DNA of 63,995 nt, the filler included, from Stramenopiles sp. TOSAG23-3 (lineage: Eukaryota), in assembly GCA_900128585.1 (NCBI GenBank). It is 5 parts of 5 records of this genome, joined end to end, with 100 filler letters (N's around TTAATTAATTAA, not from the genome) between each part and the next. Parts side by side here need not be neighbours in the genome. Positions count along the whole stretch, not along the records: positions 26,036 to 38,939 come from LT642658.1; positions 39,040 to 51,941 come from LT642659.1; 3 more parts are not named here. The stretch is one strand, 5' to 3'. The translations under genes were made by a program, and so were the position numbers. Positions 33,001-44,453 of the stretch are shown here, piece after piece; positions within the stretch are counted from its first letter, which is position 1; each line of letters opens with the position of its first letter. The notes beneath the pieces were generated by a model that had not been told where the DNA came from, ran no database searches, and saw only the letters and a list, made by a program, of their open reading frames with translations.

Positions 33001-36000
33001 GCCGCTGGCAGAATGTTGATATTACTGGGTATGATTCCATTTCTTTGTCTAAGCGTTTTGCTGCCAACTTGACCAGGGCGGCGACTGGCACATGAGAAAC
33101 GCACTGTGGCAAAATGTCGGAGCCTTCCAATCGTGTCAAAATATCGTTCAAAATTGTGAACGACTGCTCTTTCACGATCATGCTGCAGGACTTTAAGCCA
33201 ATGCACCATGCTTTGCATATCGATTCGTACGTTCCCAGCCGATCCCTGCCATCTTGTCCTTCAACAACAAGAAACGTGAGCCACTTCAAGAGCTCGGACG
33301 TATCGTGCGCATGAGTCATCATTTTAACGTTTGCATTCGATCTTGTCGACCAACGACGGGAATCCTTCGAATCAGGCCTTTCGATCAGCACGTATAAAGA
33401 TTTGTTCTTTGCGTCTAACTTTTGGTACTCTGCTTCACACAAGTCGTAGTTGGCACCCCTCTTTTTGTAGCGATTACCAACAATTGGGGACATGCCAGAT
33501 ACGTCGCACGTCACCCCATTGTGCACAGCATCGCGCGGCTTCGTAAGTTTTACAAGCTGGCCACGTAACAGCAACAGCATCGGTCGCTGAAGGGTTGGCA
33601 TGTGTTTGGTTATAAATTTTCTGAAATTTTCGCGGGGGTGGTCAAAGCTTCCACGAAACGATTCTATATCTTCTTGTAACCCCTGCTTTTCGGACAGCGC
33701 TAAAAACAACACCTTCAGAATTCGCGAGGCAAACTGAATCTGGAAGCAACCCATATTTATCAATACTAAAATCAGCCGTCGGGCATACCGGCAGTAAAGG
33801 TGCTTATGAATTACCTCAATCGATGTAATGTACTTGTAATTGTGAGGCCGAAATGATTCCGAGTTCGCATTTAGAGGAGGGGCTTCCATGTATCGAAAGA
33901 GAGACTCGTACTGATAACTGTCCACCTCTTCAAACATCCCGTCAACTACCTTTTCCGTCTCGGCCGAAAGTTCGATCACGCCGTCCATGCTACTGGCTGG
34001 TGTTTTCGCGCCATCACTGGTGTTGCTACTCGCAGGCGCAGGGGTTTTTGTTGCTTTCTTTTCATTTTCGATCATTGATTTAAGCTTTCCTTCGATTACA
34101 GAGACCGGTGCTAAACTATCCATGCACAGAGCAAGGTCGAGCAGAGTTGCACAGACTTTACCGGTCACACGACCGGCCATCGTCTCGCTGGCTTTGCCCG
34201 AGCATATAGCACAATAAACGGCATTTAGAAGGTTCACAACAGCAGCATTGTCTCCGAAAAACGGCGGGGGCTCTAAATTGTCTCCACGGGCTTCTGCGTA
34301 CTTGTCAAATACTAAAAAGACAAGTTCTGTTGCTTCTGCAGATGCATAACCCCAAGTAGCGTAGTTTTCACCTCGGCTGCAAAGGATGGAAAATGCGCCT
34401 GTACCCAACAGAACTTCATCGCTGGACGCGTCGTCTGATAGGCCACACTTCACCAACTTACAAATGTTTTCAATTACGATCGATTTCCATTTATTGCCCG
34501 ATTGAGCGATTCGTTTTAAAGAGTCAGACAAGCATTGACTGGAGGCAGGGAATGACTGCAAACACTTTGTCATAATCAAGTGCAGTAAGCTGCGACCGCT
34601 ATTTTTTGAATCAATGCCGTGTGTGCCCAGGTTTAAGCTGTCACTGTCGACTTGAGAAAGAATCTCTGCAGTGAGCTCGACCATTGGCGCTTGCACGGTT
34701 TCATCCTTTGCAGTAAACAGTACGCCCACCAAGAGCGTTAGCCATCGAGTGTTTGAGAATAGTGTAGCGCACTCGGTGCATTTAACACACGCTAAAATAA
34801 CTGACACGATATCAGTCTTCAATTTAGAATGGTGCTCCGAGAGTGTCGTCACAAAGTTGAGCTGGTCATACAAAATTTCCGAAACCATCTCCAAATGGTT
34901 TTTCTCGTCTGACAAAGACACTAATTGCAAAATGTGAAAACACAAGAGTGAATATGAATTGGCTACAACAGAACAGTTTCCCCCTGTAAGTGAAGCGCTC
35001 AGTGCTGCAATGAATCCCGTGCTCAGAAACTGTTCAACTTCCTGCTTTTTCAATGTGAATGCGCAACCCTTGATGAGTAGTGGTAAGACATGCTCTATTT
35101 TTTTAAATAACCAAGGAAAATCCTGTTCGTTGAAGCCCCACACGTTGCGTAATGATCTCGTAAGAGATTGCGTCATGCTGCAAAAGATTTTCCTCTGGTT
35201 CCCAAGCTCCTCCTCTGTCATGCAGTACAGGCCGTTTTCAAAATGCCAAGGCGATGGTGGGACCTGTTTTAAGGCACATGCATGAGCAATAATTTTTGTG
35301 TTTGCTAAGCTTTCGCTGTCGGAAAGGTTTGTTTCTGGGATTGCCGTCATCACTTTATTCATCAGGCGCATCCCTTTCCCTCTAATTTGTAACAAAGATG
35401 CACTTTCGACGAGAAACGATCGCAATTCGTCGGGTTCAAAGTTGGAGCATGCGAGCGTCTTGATACACTTCGTAATGCCATTGGTGGAAAGATTGGGCCC
35501 GCCTGCAGGCAGCAGCTCGAGCAAAAAGCTTCCTGTGTCAATCGCTGACACCACCTTTTCATTTTGGGTGGTTCCAACACTGCGCAATACCCAAGCTTTC
35601 ACGTCCAAAGCCATTGTCCAAGCGGCCTTTAACAATAGGCGTGAACCATCTTCCTGCCTCACATTCCCCTGAATATGGGCCAGCGTTTGACCGTTCCAAC
35701 TCCATTTCGCGTGATGAAGGACACACGCGACTAAGACACGCACCAGCTGTTCGTGACTATCGCCGCCACGGCTTACCACAAACGAAGGGGAGTATTTGAC
35801 AACTTCTTCCAAGGCCCACTTCTCGAACGCGAAGCCCTCGGGGGTTCCATTTTTTAATTCTGAAACCCACCCCACCCATGCTGGTGTCGTGGTAAATCCG
35901 TTTACAAAGATAGGCTCCTTCAGGATTGTATTTAAATGCACAGCGGGTAAAATGTTTGGCTTGAAATTCATGAGCTGCCCTGCATACCGCGACATCATAG

Positions 36001-38923
36001 ACACTAGACACACAAAGATATCAAAGCAAAGCTTAAAATGAGTGTCGTGGACGGAAAATTTACCAATATTGTCAAGTAATTTGCCGACCAACTCTATACA
36101 TTTTTCCAGCAAACTATCCGATAATTCGCCGAACGTCGAAAGGGATAAAACTCCTGCAAACAAAGGGCGTGATAAATGGTTTAGCACACTGGTGGCACAT
36201 TGTGCATGAAATGTGGAGGGGTTATTCATCAATCGTAGTGCACTTTCCAGCATTTCGGTTCCGTGGCTCACCAGTGCATTGGTGTGCTTGTCCAGCAAAG
36301 ACGGCTTAATTTTCTCTCCAGCAAACGTTGAATCAATGTGAAAAAAAATGTTTTTGCCTGCATCGCAAGATAAAAGAGAAATTTTATCGCCTACATCGTA
36401 CGGGCAAAAGGCGGGAAAGCAAACTAAATCTTCTTTTTTCCTAAATATTCCAGACATCAAAACTCCATAATCCTTGTCGTTTGTTACGTCGCGCAACGAG
36501 ACGAGACCGAATCGTTTGTCAGTATCAACGGTAAATTCCAGAGTTGCCCCAGGACTTAGAGCCACTTTTGGTCCAGGTCTGTTCGCGTTCCTATGCCACA
36601 TGGATCCCCGGCACAACAGGTAACCAAATCCTAATCCCTCGTGATCGGCGCCTACATATTTGGCCACAGAGCCTCCTTCAAATAGTAGTCCAACAAACAC
36701 AAAACCTTCTCTGTTGATTGCGTCAATTCGAATCACAAATTTATAGCTTCCGGTCTTGTACGAGAAACCTTCGCTTTGGGCGCATACAGTTCCCCATCCT
36801 TTTCTTCTCGGCGAAACAGAGCATCCATCTGGTGATATCTTCAAGTTGGGGCCGCACATTTGCTTGTTCAAGGATGCCCCATATCCCTGATATCCGGTGC
36901 CAACAGCAGTCATCTGTGAAATGAATTCACTCGTGTAATGCTCCGGAAATATTTCCACAATGGGTGATTCCTGAGCAGCCCCGGTCTTTCCATTATTGCC
37001 TTCGGCAGATTTCGAATTTGTTAGCACAAGATTGTCCTGCAACGCACGTAGCAACCGAACTAATTGTTCCCAATGCAGCGGGGTGAAATCATGTCCTTGC
37101 AGTGTCAAAAACCATTCGGACAGCACGACAGAGCGCAGATTTTTTAACAGTACGCCCGCTTTTAAGCTAGCCAGCTCTAGAGAATCGTTTTCTTGCTCAA
37201 GTCTGTCGTGCAGCAAAATCGCGACCATATCAGGGTGTTCTGCAATGGAAGTGCACAGATGAACCAGAAAATACAACCGCGATTCACTGATTGTGCCCGA
37301 TTTGGCGTCTGTAAGCAAGCCGTCCAATAACATAAATAGCGTATCCCCATCAGAATAGAAAAAAACTACCCCGGCGGCTAAAACTTGGGAAGTGAACCGT
37401 TTCACCTCTGTGCTTGGATGCTCCAACAACGTTTCCAGGACTTCCCTTAAGCTGCCATCGCTTACTGCGAGTGTATTGAGGTTACTGTCCGACCATTTTA
37501 ATTTGTAAATATTTGCCAAGCAAATTTTCAGCAGAGATAGCAACCCCCTTTCGTCTTTCTTCAGTTCCGTGATTAGGACACACAACAATCGAAATGTCAA
37601 GGTAGACGGTTGGACGATTGTGGTGGGGGCGCTTGCGCTGTACAAACCGCCAAGACTTTTGCCTTTTTTCCGGGCAATGTTTGCACTGTAATACTCGTTG
37701 GCATGGTACGACAATGAGGACAAGACGTCCCTCAAGCAATCTGCGGAAGAGTAAACGGAGCCCTTTTTCGACATAAGCCTGTGTGCAACAATGTGATCCA
37801 CATCCTCCTGGTTTCTGTTTTTTGTCGAAAATGCAAACTCATTTTTAGCCTCTTTCCAGGCAAGGGCGTCCGTGCATGTTTCAGTCGCCCAAAAGCAACC
37901 CCCAACCATTTTAAAGTCACCGAGCAACTTTGGGTAAATAGATATATTCCGAATTTTCCCCCCAGTCCCTTCTACAAAAGGAAAAAATGCGTGTAACCCT
38001 TTTTCTATTCCCGTCAAACACGGTTCTAAGCTACCTTTCAGCTTGTTTGTCAGGACTTTACTGCGGCCAGTCAGCTCTGCGATCTGCAAATCGGTTCGTT
38101 TACAATTCCACACACGAACCCCGGCAACGTCACCGCTCCATCCGGTTTTGCCACTACTTTGAGAGCTAAATATACTCCCAACTGCCAACGCCATACCTTC
38201 CGTGTTTTCAATCGGTGGGTTCCATCGCCCAGACCCATTCCATTTTTTCTGGGCTGTAATCCTAACACTGACACCATCCACGAACACTTTGATACAGCCA
38301 GACTGACAGCACATAGATATATGGTGCCATGTTGGACTTCGGATTCGGTAACTTTTCGTGACAACGTATTCCCCAGATGACTGAAGATAACAAAACATTC
38401 GTCCGTCTTTAAGAAACGCCATCGTCAGTCCTAAGCCCTCATGTTTCCGGTACAAGAAAATATCCGCACTAAAATTGTCAGATTCCTCTGTGCTTTTGAG
38501 GCCTGATACATACTCCAACGTGGGGCGCAATATTATTTCAACTGTCATGTCGTTGACGCCCCCCTTATGCGGTATGCTGGCGCCCGTGAGCGATGGGGCA
38601 AGCAGGAAGGACGATTTTGGAAAGCTCACAAAGTCACTAACAGCTGGTATTGCTTTGGTACCTACTTCTTTCGAGGTCCATTGAAGTTTTTCTTTCATCC
38701 TTTCCTCCAAACAAAGTGTAACAAACGTATTTCTACTAGGGGGAACACTGGTTTTCACTGGCGCGGTTGGAGTTGAAAGCTTCGGAGGCGTCGTCATCGC
38801 TGAAGTTGTTGGCGAACGCAACGTTTCAGACTCCATTGTATTAGAAACAATCTCCGTCGAACCGTTTGTCGGCGGTGTTACAAAAGTCGGCGAAGTGGAT
38901 ATAAGGGGTGGCGTCAGACCCAA
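30029..38923 (-). CDS. Giant HECT E3 ubiquitin ligase (LamG-like, 2 SPRY, 2 ZZ-like, HECT); 5' end possibly truncated
   Basis: GENVDDNGGPYR, FWNALE, LPHAKTCFFELSIPPYSS (catalytic Cys); SPRY GDTVGVLLDMDRG; ZZ-like HNGVTCDVSGMSPIVGNRY...YDLCEAE; WHHISM...VRVWN LamG-like. Confidence 0.92.
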   Translation of the reverse strand: MGLTPPLISTSPTFVTPPTNGSTEIVSNTMESETLRSPTTSAMTTPPKLSTPTAPVKTSVPPSRNTFVTLCLEERMKEKLQWTSKEVGTKAIPAVSDFVSFPKSSFLLAPSLTGASIPHKGGVNDMTVEIILRPTLEYVSGLKSTEESDNFSADIFLYRKHEGLGLTMAFLKDGRMFCYLQSSGEYVVTKSYRIRSPTWHHISMCCQSGCIKVFVDGVSVRITAQKKWNGSGRWNPPIENTEGMALAVGSIFSSQSSGKTGWSGDVAGVRVWNCKRTDLQIAELTGRSKVLTNKLKGSLEPCLTGIEKGLHAFFPFVEGTGGKIRNISIYPKLLGDFKMVGGCFWATETCTDALAWKEAKNEFAFSTKNRNQEDVDHIVAHRLMSKKGSVYSSADCLRDVLSSLSYHANEYYSANIARKKGKSLGGLYSASAPTTIVQPSTLTFRLLCVLITELKKDERGLLSLLKICLANIYKLKWSDSNLNTLAVSDGSLREVLETLLEHPSTEVKRFTSQVLAAGVVFFYSDGDTLFMLLDGLLTDAKSGTISESRLYFLVHLCTSIAEHPDMVAILLHDRLEQENDSLELASLKAGVLLKNLRSVVLSEWFLTLQGHDFTPLHWEQLVRLLRALQDNLVLTNSKSAEGNNGKTGAAQESPIVEIFPEHYTSEFISQMTAVGTGYQGYGASLNKQMCGPNLKISPDGCSVSPRRKGWGTVCAQSEGFSYKTGSYKFVIRIDAINREGFVFVGLLFEGGSVAKYVGADHEGLGFGYLLCRGSMWHRNANRPGPKVALSPGATLEFTVDTDKRFGLVSLRDVTNDKDYGVLMSGIFRKKEDLVCFPAFCPYDVGDKISLLSCDAGKNIFFHIDSTFAGEKIKPSLLDKHTNALVSHGTEMLESALRLMNNPSTFHAQCATSVLNHLSRPLFAGVLSLSTFGELSDSLLEKCIELVGKLLDNIGKFSVHDTHFKLCFDIFVCLVSMMSRYAGQLMNFKPNILPAVHLNTILKEPIFVNGFTTTPAWVGWVSELKNGTPEGFAFEKWALEEVVKYSPSFVVSRGGDSHEQLVRVLVACVLHHAKWSWNGQTLAHIQGNVRQEDGSRLLLKAAWTMALDVKAWVLRSVGTTQNEKVVSAIDTGSFLLELLPAGGPNLSTNGITKCIKTLACSNFEPDELRSFLVESASLLQIRGKGMRLMNKVMTAIPETNLSDSESLANTKIIAHACALKQVPPSPWHFENGLYCMTEEELGNQRKIFCSMTQSLTRSLRNVWGFNEQDFPWLFKKIEHVLPLLIKGCAFTLKKQEVEQFLSTGFIAALSASLTGGNCSVVANSYSLLCFHILQLVSLSDEKNHLEMVSEILYDQLNFVTTLSEHHSKLKTDIVSVILACVKCTECATLFSNTRWLTLLVGVLFTAKDETVQAPMVELTAEILSQVDSDSLNLGTHGIDSKNSGRSLLHLIMTKCLQSFPASSQCLSDSLKRIAQSGNKWKSIVIENICKLVKCGLSDDASSDEVLLGTGAFSILCSRGENYATWGYASAEATELVFLVFDKYAEARGDNLEPPPFFGDNAAVVNLLNAVYCAICSGKASETMAGRVTGKVCATLLDLALCMDSLAPVSVIEGKLKSMIENEKKATKTPAPASSNTSDGAKTPASSMDGVIELSAETEKVVDGMFEEVDSYQYESLFRYMEAPPLNANSESFRPHNYKYITSIEVIHKHLYCRYARRLILVLINMGCFQIQFASRILKVLFLALSEKQGLQEDIESFRGSFDHPRENFRKFITKHMPTLQRPMLLLLRGQLVKLTKPRDAVHNGVTCDVSGMSPIVGNRYKKRGANYDLCEAEYQKLDAKNKSLYVLIERPDSKDSRRWSTRSNANVKMMTHAHDTSELLKWLTFLVVEGQDGRDRLGTYESICKAWCIGLKSCSMIVKEQSFTILNDILTRLEGSDILPQCVSHVPVAALVKLAAKRLDKEMESYPVISTFCQRLLEFVANLYRLGFVKDPLSRGLKGPLDRIATHESWETYHGVLKASWRQAITINLLWEEKRVRVQIELCWHHNKTEQSRQSEGEGELEAGTPRNATVKMSNGPLEGATMCLDGSNEQCIKCTFTSLVHVLIRCDRSQMSPILGVRYHKIGEDYDLCEAEFAKLPEEEQKLYEKLDSLSPPAHIEAYPESTVPFIFSPIKSDSSHIKLSEDLHSAEAISNEHSIVYANRGFSSGVHYWSVKLDVMEWGKTYIGVAEKDCSLHGWPTNGGYGLVTYRATHGRGRELFYGTMFQSGDTVGVLLDMDRGQISFIKEGEDPFTGKKVFLNMGVAYHNIRTNNGTKENVKLYPCIGFGKEGSKATLKNCKFLSIGTPCARDRVFQFCRAAITIRAWNSDWAKAGATPLMEGACDTWKRFKSGTLKKTKAKDVNDVLKAVKRAFDDGATKVVFDTGDDKRVKETDADAKSVMDVSEFADLARKFSIEDAIDMVAKVNDICDRKNISPYQLSNASFLEDNTRAREVLLALFFHFNACVGGILPFIDFSAHRDNRSLNFESNLGEMVAKARGWFFRKEKMVFWKEMLVATTIFTRPPEDEWEKPGEIPEIKINRVGAATPRLKAIADQAARRSASVFGQLEAASGKWSSTQWRRSYQHINDKGQSRCFFVKCLGENVDDNGGPYRAIFAAAACDEPQQVLDILDDDGHFNFRSDADTVTFFGKLTGLAMRHGIQLPLHFSPFSWSWWTSQTDDLSAGVNDYHGKQLVQMLKAMEREDAEILGIETIGEDNYRATEKRMRREAQASQTTASASNATPTIEEKGAQEVVQCFMLNNKQTFLNAFESGMGHVIPTPLLRMFTPKEFETILCGSKDIDLDLLKDLTVYDEGLTAETPHIAFFWNALESMSNDQQGQFINFVYAKRRLPSIAAGFMMPFHIVKPTLAMQSNPDKFLPHAKTCFFELSIPPYSSFDVCLERLLYAIQNCTTMEDFANGGAYDVFDS

Positions 38924-38939
38924 AATTTGTTGCGGGGGT

Positions 38940-39039
38940 NNNNNNNNNNNNNNNNNNNNNNNNNNNNNNNNNNNNNNNNNNNNTTAATTAATTAANNNNN
39001 NNNNNNNNNNNNNNNNNNNNNNNNNNNNNNNNNNNNNNN
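38940..39039. other. Artificial contig spacer
   Basis: N44-TTAATTAATTAA-N44. Confidence 0.98.
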
Positions 39040-42000
39040 AATTGCAAAATAGATCCCAAAGTGTCCTTTAACAACTTCTCTGATTTGTTTGCTCGAGCAA
39101 TTTCCGCTTCGCACAATTCATTTAGTTCCTGTAAATTGTTGGGACTTGCTAAACTAGGACGTAATTTTGTCGAATTTTTGGACATTTCAGCACGCAGAGA
39201 CTTGTACGTTTCCGTAAAATGTCTTTCAATCTCTCGTTTCTGGTCTTCTAGTGAAACTAATGACCGAGCGGCTATATCAGCGGCAATTGCTGTGGGCACC
39301 AACGCTCCAATTTCCTGTAAGTCTGCGAGTTGGTCGCGGTACTTTATCCTTGTATTTGTCAGATATTCTTTTGCGTCTTTTTGGCACCCAACTAGATAAG
39401 TTTTCAGCTTTGCTGGTACTCCATCGGGACCAGCCATTTCTAACTTGCCCTCCCTCTCGTACAATTCTCTTGTTTCGTCTTTACAAATTTGTACCAGTTG
39501 TTCGATGGCTTCATTGAACTTGCGATCGTCAAAGAAAAGTGTTGTTTCCGGATCGTCCATGTTAACGCTCGATTCGGGGCCAAGCTGGACCAAGCCCGAC
39601 AGTTCTATGTCCTTTATGTCAAATTTTTCAATATCCCCACCTTTCACACATTCTAAATATTTTCCGCGCGCCGCAAAATCGTTGCGGATAATTACCATTA
39701 TTGTAGCCAGTCTTCGCGCAATAGTTCGTTTGTCTGTTATACTGCCGGGCCTCAATTTGACCAACTCCTTGATCGTGCGAATTGCAATTTTCAACTTACC
39801 ATCCGCCTCGTCGCACTGAGAAATCTCATTTCTCATCCTTTCTTGGGCACCTCGTCTCGGCTTTCCGTATTTTTTCCCGAGCCCCTCCCGCATTGACAGG
39901 TCTTGCAATGTTCTCAAAAAGTGATCGTTAAATTGCGTGTATTCCCCTTTTGCCTCCTCTTGGCGTTCACGCAAAGATGTAAGTGCATTCTTCCGATTCT
40001 GAGCCGTGCGGTGAAATTTGTCGTCTACTTCATACAACACGTCTCGGCAATGCTCGACCTCTTGCGGGTCGTAGTCTCCCTCTTCCTCGTATGTCAGGCA
40101 GGTATTCAAAAACCTGGCGTTCGATTCAATTAGCATGTTTGGCTCTGCGTCTAGAAGTGGTCGCAGCGCATCAACCCTAGAAAAATTGGATATATCGAAT
40201 TCAGCAATTGCATCTTTGCAGCGCTGAACCACTCCCTGTAAAGCTGCTAAAGTCGTTTGAGAATCCAGCATTGAGTCCATTAGATTCAGCTTGCCTCTAA
40301 ATTCTTCAATGTCTTCGTTGGCAGCGTTCATTTTTGTCACAAACTCGGCATCGTGTGAGCGATTTCGGAGTATCACCGTTCTCTTCTGACGTTCTAATTT
40401 CTTTCGATGCTGAGATATTTCGTAGACACGAGGCTGTCGATATTTAACATCCGTGTATCCTTTCCGTGGCCAGTGCAACCGAATCCTTTCTTCCAGTTCT
40501 GATGTGCTTTTTGTTTCACGTTTTTCTGTTAACTCTGACAGCCGCAGGAAACGCCGAGAAAGTTTGCCTTCCATGACCGAAAAGAAATTTTCTCGTAAAC
40601 CTGCAAGTCGCTCTTTCAAGAATTTGTATGGTACTACAAGAACGCTAGAGCACATGTTTCCATCGCCATCTAGAGGGCTGATAGGGGCCCCATTCGTCGC
40701 CACTGTAAATGATGTAGGTTTAGGAGTTTCTTCCGCAGGATCTTCTTTCTGGCCGTTCTCGTTCTCGAGTGCCTCCACTGGAGCCTCGGGAATATCCGTG
40801 TCTGCAAACTCAATAGTCTGTTCGACCATCGGTGCGCCCAGTAACTCTTTTGCAACCTCAAATAATGGTGTCTGCTGTCTATATTCTCTATTGTAGACGT
40901 TTAAAAACGTATTTTCAATATCCGTGACAAATGAAAGTTTTTCCATTACTACCATTGCTTTGTACTCCTGCTCCGGTCCTAGCACTTCTGGCTCTACAGG
41001 CGTTTGCTCCTCTTCTTCTTCCAACTCCTGGCTTTCTTCCTCCCCTTCGCCATCATTTTCTTCCCCATCTTCTTCGTCCTCTGCACCAGCCTCCGTTTCT
41101 GCTTCTTCCGCGAGGGCTTCGCCGTCGTCTATAGGTTCCGCAGCGTCGGCGGCACCGTCAATGGTTGCTTCAACTTCGCCTGTCTGTTCCGCTGCAGGGG
41201 GTTCTTCCCCGGCTTCCGCAACATCTTGAGAATTCTGAAATGCTCTGAACTTGCGTGCTATCGCGTCGCATTTTGGTGGGGTAATCATTCTCATAATTTC
41301 GGAAGCTTTATCGCAATATTCTGCTGCTTCCGCCTCAGACTCAGGCATCAACTTGGACGCAATGCCCATGTATTGCTTCCAATGGACACGGTAAGCCGTC
41401 TCAATATCACGAAGCGTTTTCAAGGCGCTGTCAAAATATTCGTCCAACAGGAGCGAATTGGGAGAATACCGCAATTTGTGTAACTCCTTGGCCAACCGTT
41501 TCTCTTGTTTGTCGTGTAACTCGTCAAACCTGTCTAATTCGTCCGTTAATTCATCTGCGAGGGTTCCATCAATAATGTCTGCATCCTCTTTGTGCTTCTC
41601 AAATAGCTTCGTCATGCTGGCAAAGAAGTCGCATGTCCTCATTGCCCCAAGGTGAAGTCGCTTTTCTTGTTCGACTACAAAAGATATAGTTTGTCGTTGG
41701 ACAACACTGTCTTCCTTCAACCGATCTTTGATCGGGGTAGTACACTCATCCGCGACAACAATGTCAATCAAATTGTTGGCATATATCTGCTGTCGTAGCC
41801 GGAGCACTGCCTGCTTAAGAATATCCTTCAAATCTTCTGGGAGCTCACACGCGCTGACAACCGTCGCAGCCCTGTTTTGGAGCGACCTGACTTGGGCCAG
41901 ATTGTTCATGACCATGTCTGTTCCAAAACTCGTTGCAGATATTGATCCCGAGTGGCTTGTTCCTGGCCGTTCGGACGGGGCAGACTCCGAACCGTTTACA

Positions 42001-43772
42001 GAGCCTGAACCTGGGCGAGGCGCCGCCCCAGGAAAAAGTATGTCAAACTCATCCAAAATGGAATTCAACTCCTCCTTCATCAACGCTGGTAATCCAGAAA
42101 TATGCGAAAACTTTCCTAGCTGCTTTCGTAACTGTGCGCCCCTCTTGGGAACGTCCTTCTTTTTGCCGGTTCGCAGCTTCTCTAATGTGGCTTGGATGGA
42201 CTTTCTGTCGGATTCTTTGCCTTGCTTTTCCAGTAGATCGACAATGTTTGTGTAACTATACAATTTTTCGACTCGGTCCTTGGCCTCATGGGCATCTTCC
42301 TGGTAAATAATAGACTTCCGCCCTAATGCAACTGCAATCCATTGCAAATCTTTCTTTAGCCCTCCGCTTTTACGAAACATTTCTTCCAATTCTGGGTTGA
42401 CGAGGGCCTCCGCGATGCTATTGCGGAGTTCGGGCAAGTTAGCTTTTTCCGCCAGTGCCCCATATGTATGCAGTTCCGCCCTCAGTGCTTCTCGAAACGC
42501 GTTCGCTTTGTCTTCAAAACGGGAACCCTCATCCGACAAAGACTGTTGGAGTTTTTCATTGTGCTCTATTTCTTGTGCTTCGAGGTCCTTAAAATCTTCC
42601 CTGGCATCGTCTACTTTTTCTGTGCTCCACAGCGGTGCTTTGAGTTCAAACAGGTGCTTGTAAATTGGCATGCGCTTGCCCTCGTGCCTTGCCCGTTGGT
42701 CTTCTTTTGCTGCCTGTAAAAGGGCTTGCCGAGGTACCGGGTTTGTGTATTCCTTTGAAGAGATCGTAGTATGGAATTCGGAAATCGCTCGATTATGACG
42801 AAGTTCTCTCCACGCTTTTTGGCGGCGTTCGAAATCGCCACGCTTAGTAATTCTGACTTCGATATCAGTTCGGTGTAGGCGAGATTTGCACTCTGAATGC
42901 GCGAGCAAGTTTCCAATTATTACCATGTTGATTTCCTGCGTTTCCGCTTCCACCATCCGTGCTATTTCATCCTTCAGAACATACGATACTTCCGTCAACC
43001 CGGCCACAAAATTTCGCATTTCTTCCATCAGCGTGGTGGCACGTCCCTCTTCCAATTCTTCCATTTCTGCACCGAACGACTCAACTGACTCGGTCCGAGC
43101 CCCTAATACCCCGTCTAACTTTTCCCACGTTTCCTCTACGTATGACCATGGTTGCATGCGCAAATGATCGTCATCGTTAAGTTTCGCGAATATGGCACTT
43201 ATGTCTTTGTCTATGTCCTCGTGTTCTTCTCTCAAATCTCTGCAAGCTTTTATCACACGGTTTTCCAGCGTGTCGCTTATTGTGATAACGGCTTGTCGGA
43301 AGCTGTTCAAAACCTTATCGTGTTCACCTTTTCTGTTGTGGTATGCTTCTTGGACCTTTGGGAAATTCTTGTGGTCCCACGGTGGGATTATAGAATACTG
43401 GTCCATGCGGTGGATGTCCTCCTTCTCCGCCAGTACCTCTCGCTTCGCAATAGACTCATGGGAAATTCTCAAGGTGTGCAAGCTGTCTTTGTCGACGCCG
43501 GCAACTCGGGACGGGGACATCCCACTAACTGCCGCCATGTGCCTTGGCTTTCGTAAAGACAACAGAAATTGTTTCTCCGCTTTTCCTACGTCCACTGATT
43601 TGCGGAACCCAGAGCCGCTATCGGCCCATGGCAATGCGGTATCTTCGTCCGAAGAGTTTTCCCCAGACGGGTCTACTTCGTCCATCCGGTCCCATGCCGC
43701 GTAGTCCAGGTCGACGGAGGAGTGCTGGGACAGCTGGCTGTTTGACACCGACTCTTTCATGGCCCCACTCAT
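39040..43772 (-). CDS. CCDC180: CCDC180-like ciliary coiled-coil protein, 3'-truncated
   Basis: Long coiled coil; EAETQEINMVIIGN, ELEERIRLHWPR, LGKKYG, LRPSLASP resemble DUF4455/DUF4456 proteins. Confidence 0.7.
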
Positions 43773-44453
43773 CCTGCCTCGATAGTAAGATGGAATTGGA
43801 TTCTACGATTTCCAATCGCCTAAAAATCCAGTAGTTGTGGACTGCACATCGAATTCTGCGTTGGGGCATCGTAGCGAAATGAGTCGATAATGAACCAAGG
43901 ATGCTTCCTATTTTTTAAATTAATAATAATAAGTAGTAAACCCTGACACACATAAAAATATAATAATAATGATAAATAAAAGAATTATTTGAAAAGTGTC
44001 AGGCACATAGGCGTGTGTTCCTGTAATAGTTTTTCTGCCACTGCAGGGACGATTTCTACATGGCATTAGTGGGAAAAATAACTGCTATAAGAAACAAACA
44101 ACCGAACAGGTGCTGTGACAATGCTATGATACTGTACCACTGTCAACGGTAAATATTGGACGGTACATAATTAGAATACGAACAATGACAGGTCAATCAC
44201 TATGTTTTACATCTTTGTATAAATCCAGTATATAGGTGAATTATGTAAATACAAGAATTATGATTTCATACCATCAAATCAGGAAATTACTACTACAACA
44301 CAAAAAAACACACCACCCTCGTCACATTGTCGATCTCTTTCCTTCCTCCTCGATCAAAACGAAGAACGCGAACCTGCCTTTGTGTTTCTGCGGCGTACCT
44401 GACAAGAAGAGTTACATAGCGCGGCATTTTTTTAACGAATGCTGTACTTCCGT